Shown here one piece after another: positions 61,523 to 64,000 of a stretch of 64,000 nucleotides of DNA; position 1 is the first letter of the stretch; every line of letters starts with the position of its first letter. A model generated the notes under the pieces. That model worked only from the letters and a program-made list of their open reading frames with translations, did not search any database and was not told where the DNA came from. The position numbers were made by a program, and so were the translations under genes. Source of the DNA: Azolla caroliniana (lineage: Eukaryota > Plantae > Polypodiophyta); contig JBHGNT010000012.1 of the NCBI GenBank assembly GCA_043228905.1, forward strand, positions 21,266,001-21,330,000, in the 5' to 3' direction.

Positions 61523-62650
61523 ACGCAGAGTCTCCCACTCTAACACCGTTTTGACCTTAGCTGGATCCATGGAGATGCCTTCCAAGGAAATGACATAGCC
61601 CAGAAATTCTACCTGGTTGCACTCGAAACTACATTTTTCCAACTTTGCATAAAGACCATGTTCTTGAAATCGTTTTAGTACTAACAGTACATGAGAATCA
61701 TGCTCTTCTTGGATCTTCGAATAAACTAGTAGATCATCCAAATAGATGGTCAAACAAACATCCAAGAAATCTCGGAATATATCATTTGCCATGTGCTGGA
61801 AGACTGTTGGCGCATTAGTGAGGCCGAATGGCATGACCGTATACTTGAAGTGCTCATATTTGGTGCAAAATGCGGTCTTCCATTCATCTCCTGGTCGTAT
61901 TCGTATGAGGTTATATGCGCCTCATAAGTTGATCTTTGTGAAGAACCATGCACCATTGATCCGTTCTAAAAGACTTGAGATAAGGGGAAGTGCATACCTA
62001 TTCCTGATGGTGACCTTATTCAAGCCACGATAATCTATGATGACGAAGTGATCCATCCTTTTTCTTGACGAAGAAAACGGGTGCACCGGCTGGAGATTTC
62101 GAATGTCGAATGAAACCATTTGCCAAAATTCCTCTATATAGGTTCGAAGGACTTCTAGCTTGGTTGGTGACAAATTGTAGATTGGTCCCCATGGTGGTTC
62201 TTTTCCTGGTTGTAAATCGATGGGGCAATCATACGGTCGATGGTGAGGAAGCGTATTAGCTTGTACTTTATCGAACACATCAGCATAATGACGATACTTC
62301 TCTAGAAGTTGAACAATGGACTCCAATTTAGTGGTGTTGGAGGGTTTTACTGATATTGTGAAGAGAAACATTTCTTCCTTGTGTCCTTCCTCATGCAACT
62401 GATGTAGCGAAATGGTTGCAATCTTATGAGTAGATCCTCGGGTTTGTCGATACTAGATTTCTCTTGGTGTCTAATCTATATCTAGGTTATGTAATTTGAA
62501 CCATGGTAATCCCAAAACAATGGGATGTTATGGGATACTAATTATATTAAATGATACTACACACGCTAAATTATCTAGGACAATATTAACGAGCTTTGAC
62601 TCTTCTATGATATTTCCGGAAGCAATGGGACGACCATCAATGACCATCAA
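61523..62650 (-). mobile_element. Tcn1-like chromovirus protease/RT fragment (right half of the nest host)
   Basis: [61 protein letters not shown], cut exactly at the Gypsy LTR end at 61522. Confidence 0.88.
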
Positions 62651-62656
62651 CGCGAA

Positions 62657-62862
62657 CACACAAGCAAGGTTTACACACGAGAGACACAATTTCGAACGCC
62701 TTTGTGAAAGTAGAGGTGCATGGGCAAGCCCGAACGCTCCCTTGCCACAAGTTGCACGAACACACAAGCAAGATTTACACTAACATGCAAGACACGATTT
62801 CGAACGCCTTTGTGAAAGGAGAGGTGCATGGGCAAGCCCGAAACGCTCCCTTGTCACAAGAC
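62657..62862. repeat. Tandem repeat of about 104 bp, two copies
   Basis: cacacaagcaag..tttcgaacgcctttgtgaaag.agaggtgcatgggcaagcccgaa..cgctcccttg.cacaag occurs twice. Confidence 0.85.
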
Positions 62863-63734
62863 ACACAAAAAAATAAGCACAAATGACAATAACATATAAG
62901 ATACGTAAGTTTGAATGCCAAACATTAGTTTGATGATAACGTATAAGACATGTAGGTGAAACCAAACATTAGTTTATTGCTATATAATAGATTCTTTTAT
63001 AAAATAAGAATCAATTTTACAATGGGTTTGATATGAATATGAGAGATAATTTATAAAGGAAGGGGGAAGAGAGGTGGAGGAAAGAAGAGAGTGGAATATA
63101 GAAGAAGGTGATTCTTTGTTGATGATGCCTCTAGATTTTGTTGATCCTTCTTCTTTTGCCTTCTAATTGAGTAGAGCTTCTGCGTTCCTTCTCCCTCCCC
63201 CCCTTCACTAGAATAGGCTCTTATTTATAGGTTTAGGATTGCTTGCCTTTTTCCCCTAAAAAAAAGCTTGTTTATATGAGTTGACTTTTCTTTTCCTCAC
63301 TATTTCTGTTTTCTAGCCCCAAATTTCACATGCAAAATATTCTTGGAAAGCTCTTTGGGTTAGCTTTCTTATGCATCTTTTCTTTTCTAATTTGGACATC
63401 TGACGAGGAAATTATTTATCCATCTTTTTCTCTCCATCTTTTTCTCTACTTTTGTCTACTTTTGAAAACCACCTCTAACTTAATATTCATCATTATTCAT
63501 TGTAAGGTTCAATCCTTTGACCTTTTATTTATAAGGAATTATCTTTGGCAAAATGAAAAAGTATTTTTTTCTACCAATAAAGTTGACTTCACAATACTAG
63601 TTTATTTAAACTACTATTTTTCTTCTTTTTGAGGATGGTTTCACGCTTTGTGTTAGAAACATTATGACAACGTAATCGAGGCATATAGCCTCCACTCACA
63701 CGAAACATCCAAAAATAAGGGTGAACGTAATACA

Positions 63735-63892
63735 CTATTGAGGTATTGACCTCTTATGCATACGACACAAATCACATATCCTTTACATAGAAATTGAGGT
63801 ATTGACCTCATATGCATACGTAACATATGTATGTGAACGTAATACGCAATTGAGGTATTAACCTCGTATGCATACGACACGAATCACATATC
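63735..63892. repeat. Three copies of about 55 bp containing the short inverted motif GAGGTATTGACCTC (possible transposon subterminal repeats)
   Basis: attgaggtatt(g/a)acctc.tatgcatacg occurs three times. Confidence 0.6.
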
Positions 63893-64000
63893 AAATATAC
63901 CTCATACAAATATGTCAATGTTTTATACAACCAATTAATTACCACTACAACATCATTGAATCAATGAAAGAAAACACATATTAAATATACATTATTAGAT

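Overview
A repeat-dense window of a land-plant nuclear genome, probably a fern or other non-seed plant (inferred from the retroelement types; not provable here). It has one intact host gene: an 11-exon ABCC/MRP transporter (ABCC8-like, apparently lacking TMD0) at 15008-21921 on the minus strand. The rest is mostly transposons: Copia and LINE fragments, a complete chromodomain Ty3/Gypsy element (7902-13290), and a deep nest at about 31400-62650 (chromovirus > tRNA-Trp-primed Gypsy > Copia > second Trp-primed Gypsy > 8.5-kb TIR DNA transposon with an 8-bp TSD > LINE tail). Most notable: (1) a decayed, intron-containing gene for a bacterial-type beta-class N4-cytosine/N6-adenine DNA methyltransferase at about 1980-2648; (2) a Pack-type DNA transposon carrying four exons of a group-D MAP kinase; (3) a conserved GGATTTT-TAG plus pseudoknot -1 frameshift signal in two Gypsy elements, whose lineage also shows ACGY target sites and antisense tRNA-like A/B boxes in LTRs; (4) a 120-bp palindromic TG..CA insertion with a 5-bp TSD built from LTR ends; (5) a 178-bp satellite with higher-order structure inside a gag gene. 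All alignments were done by eye; family assignments need database confirmation.
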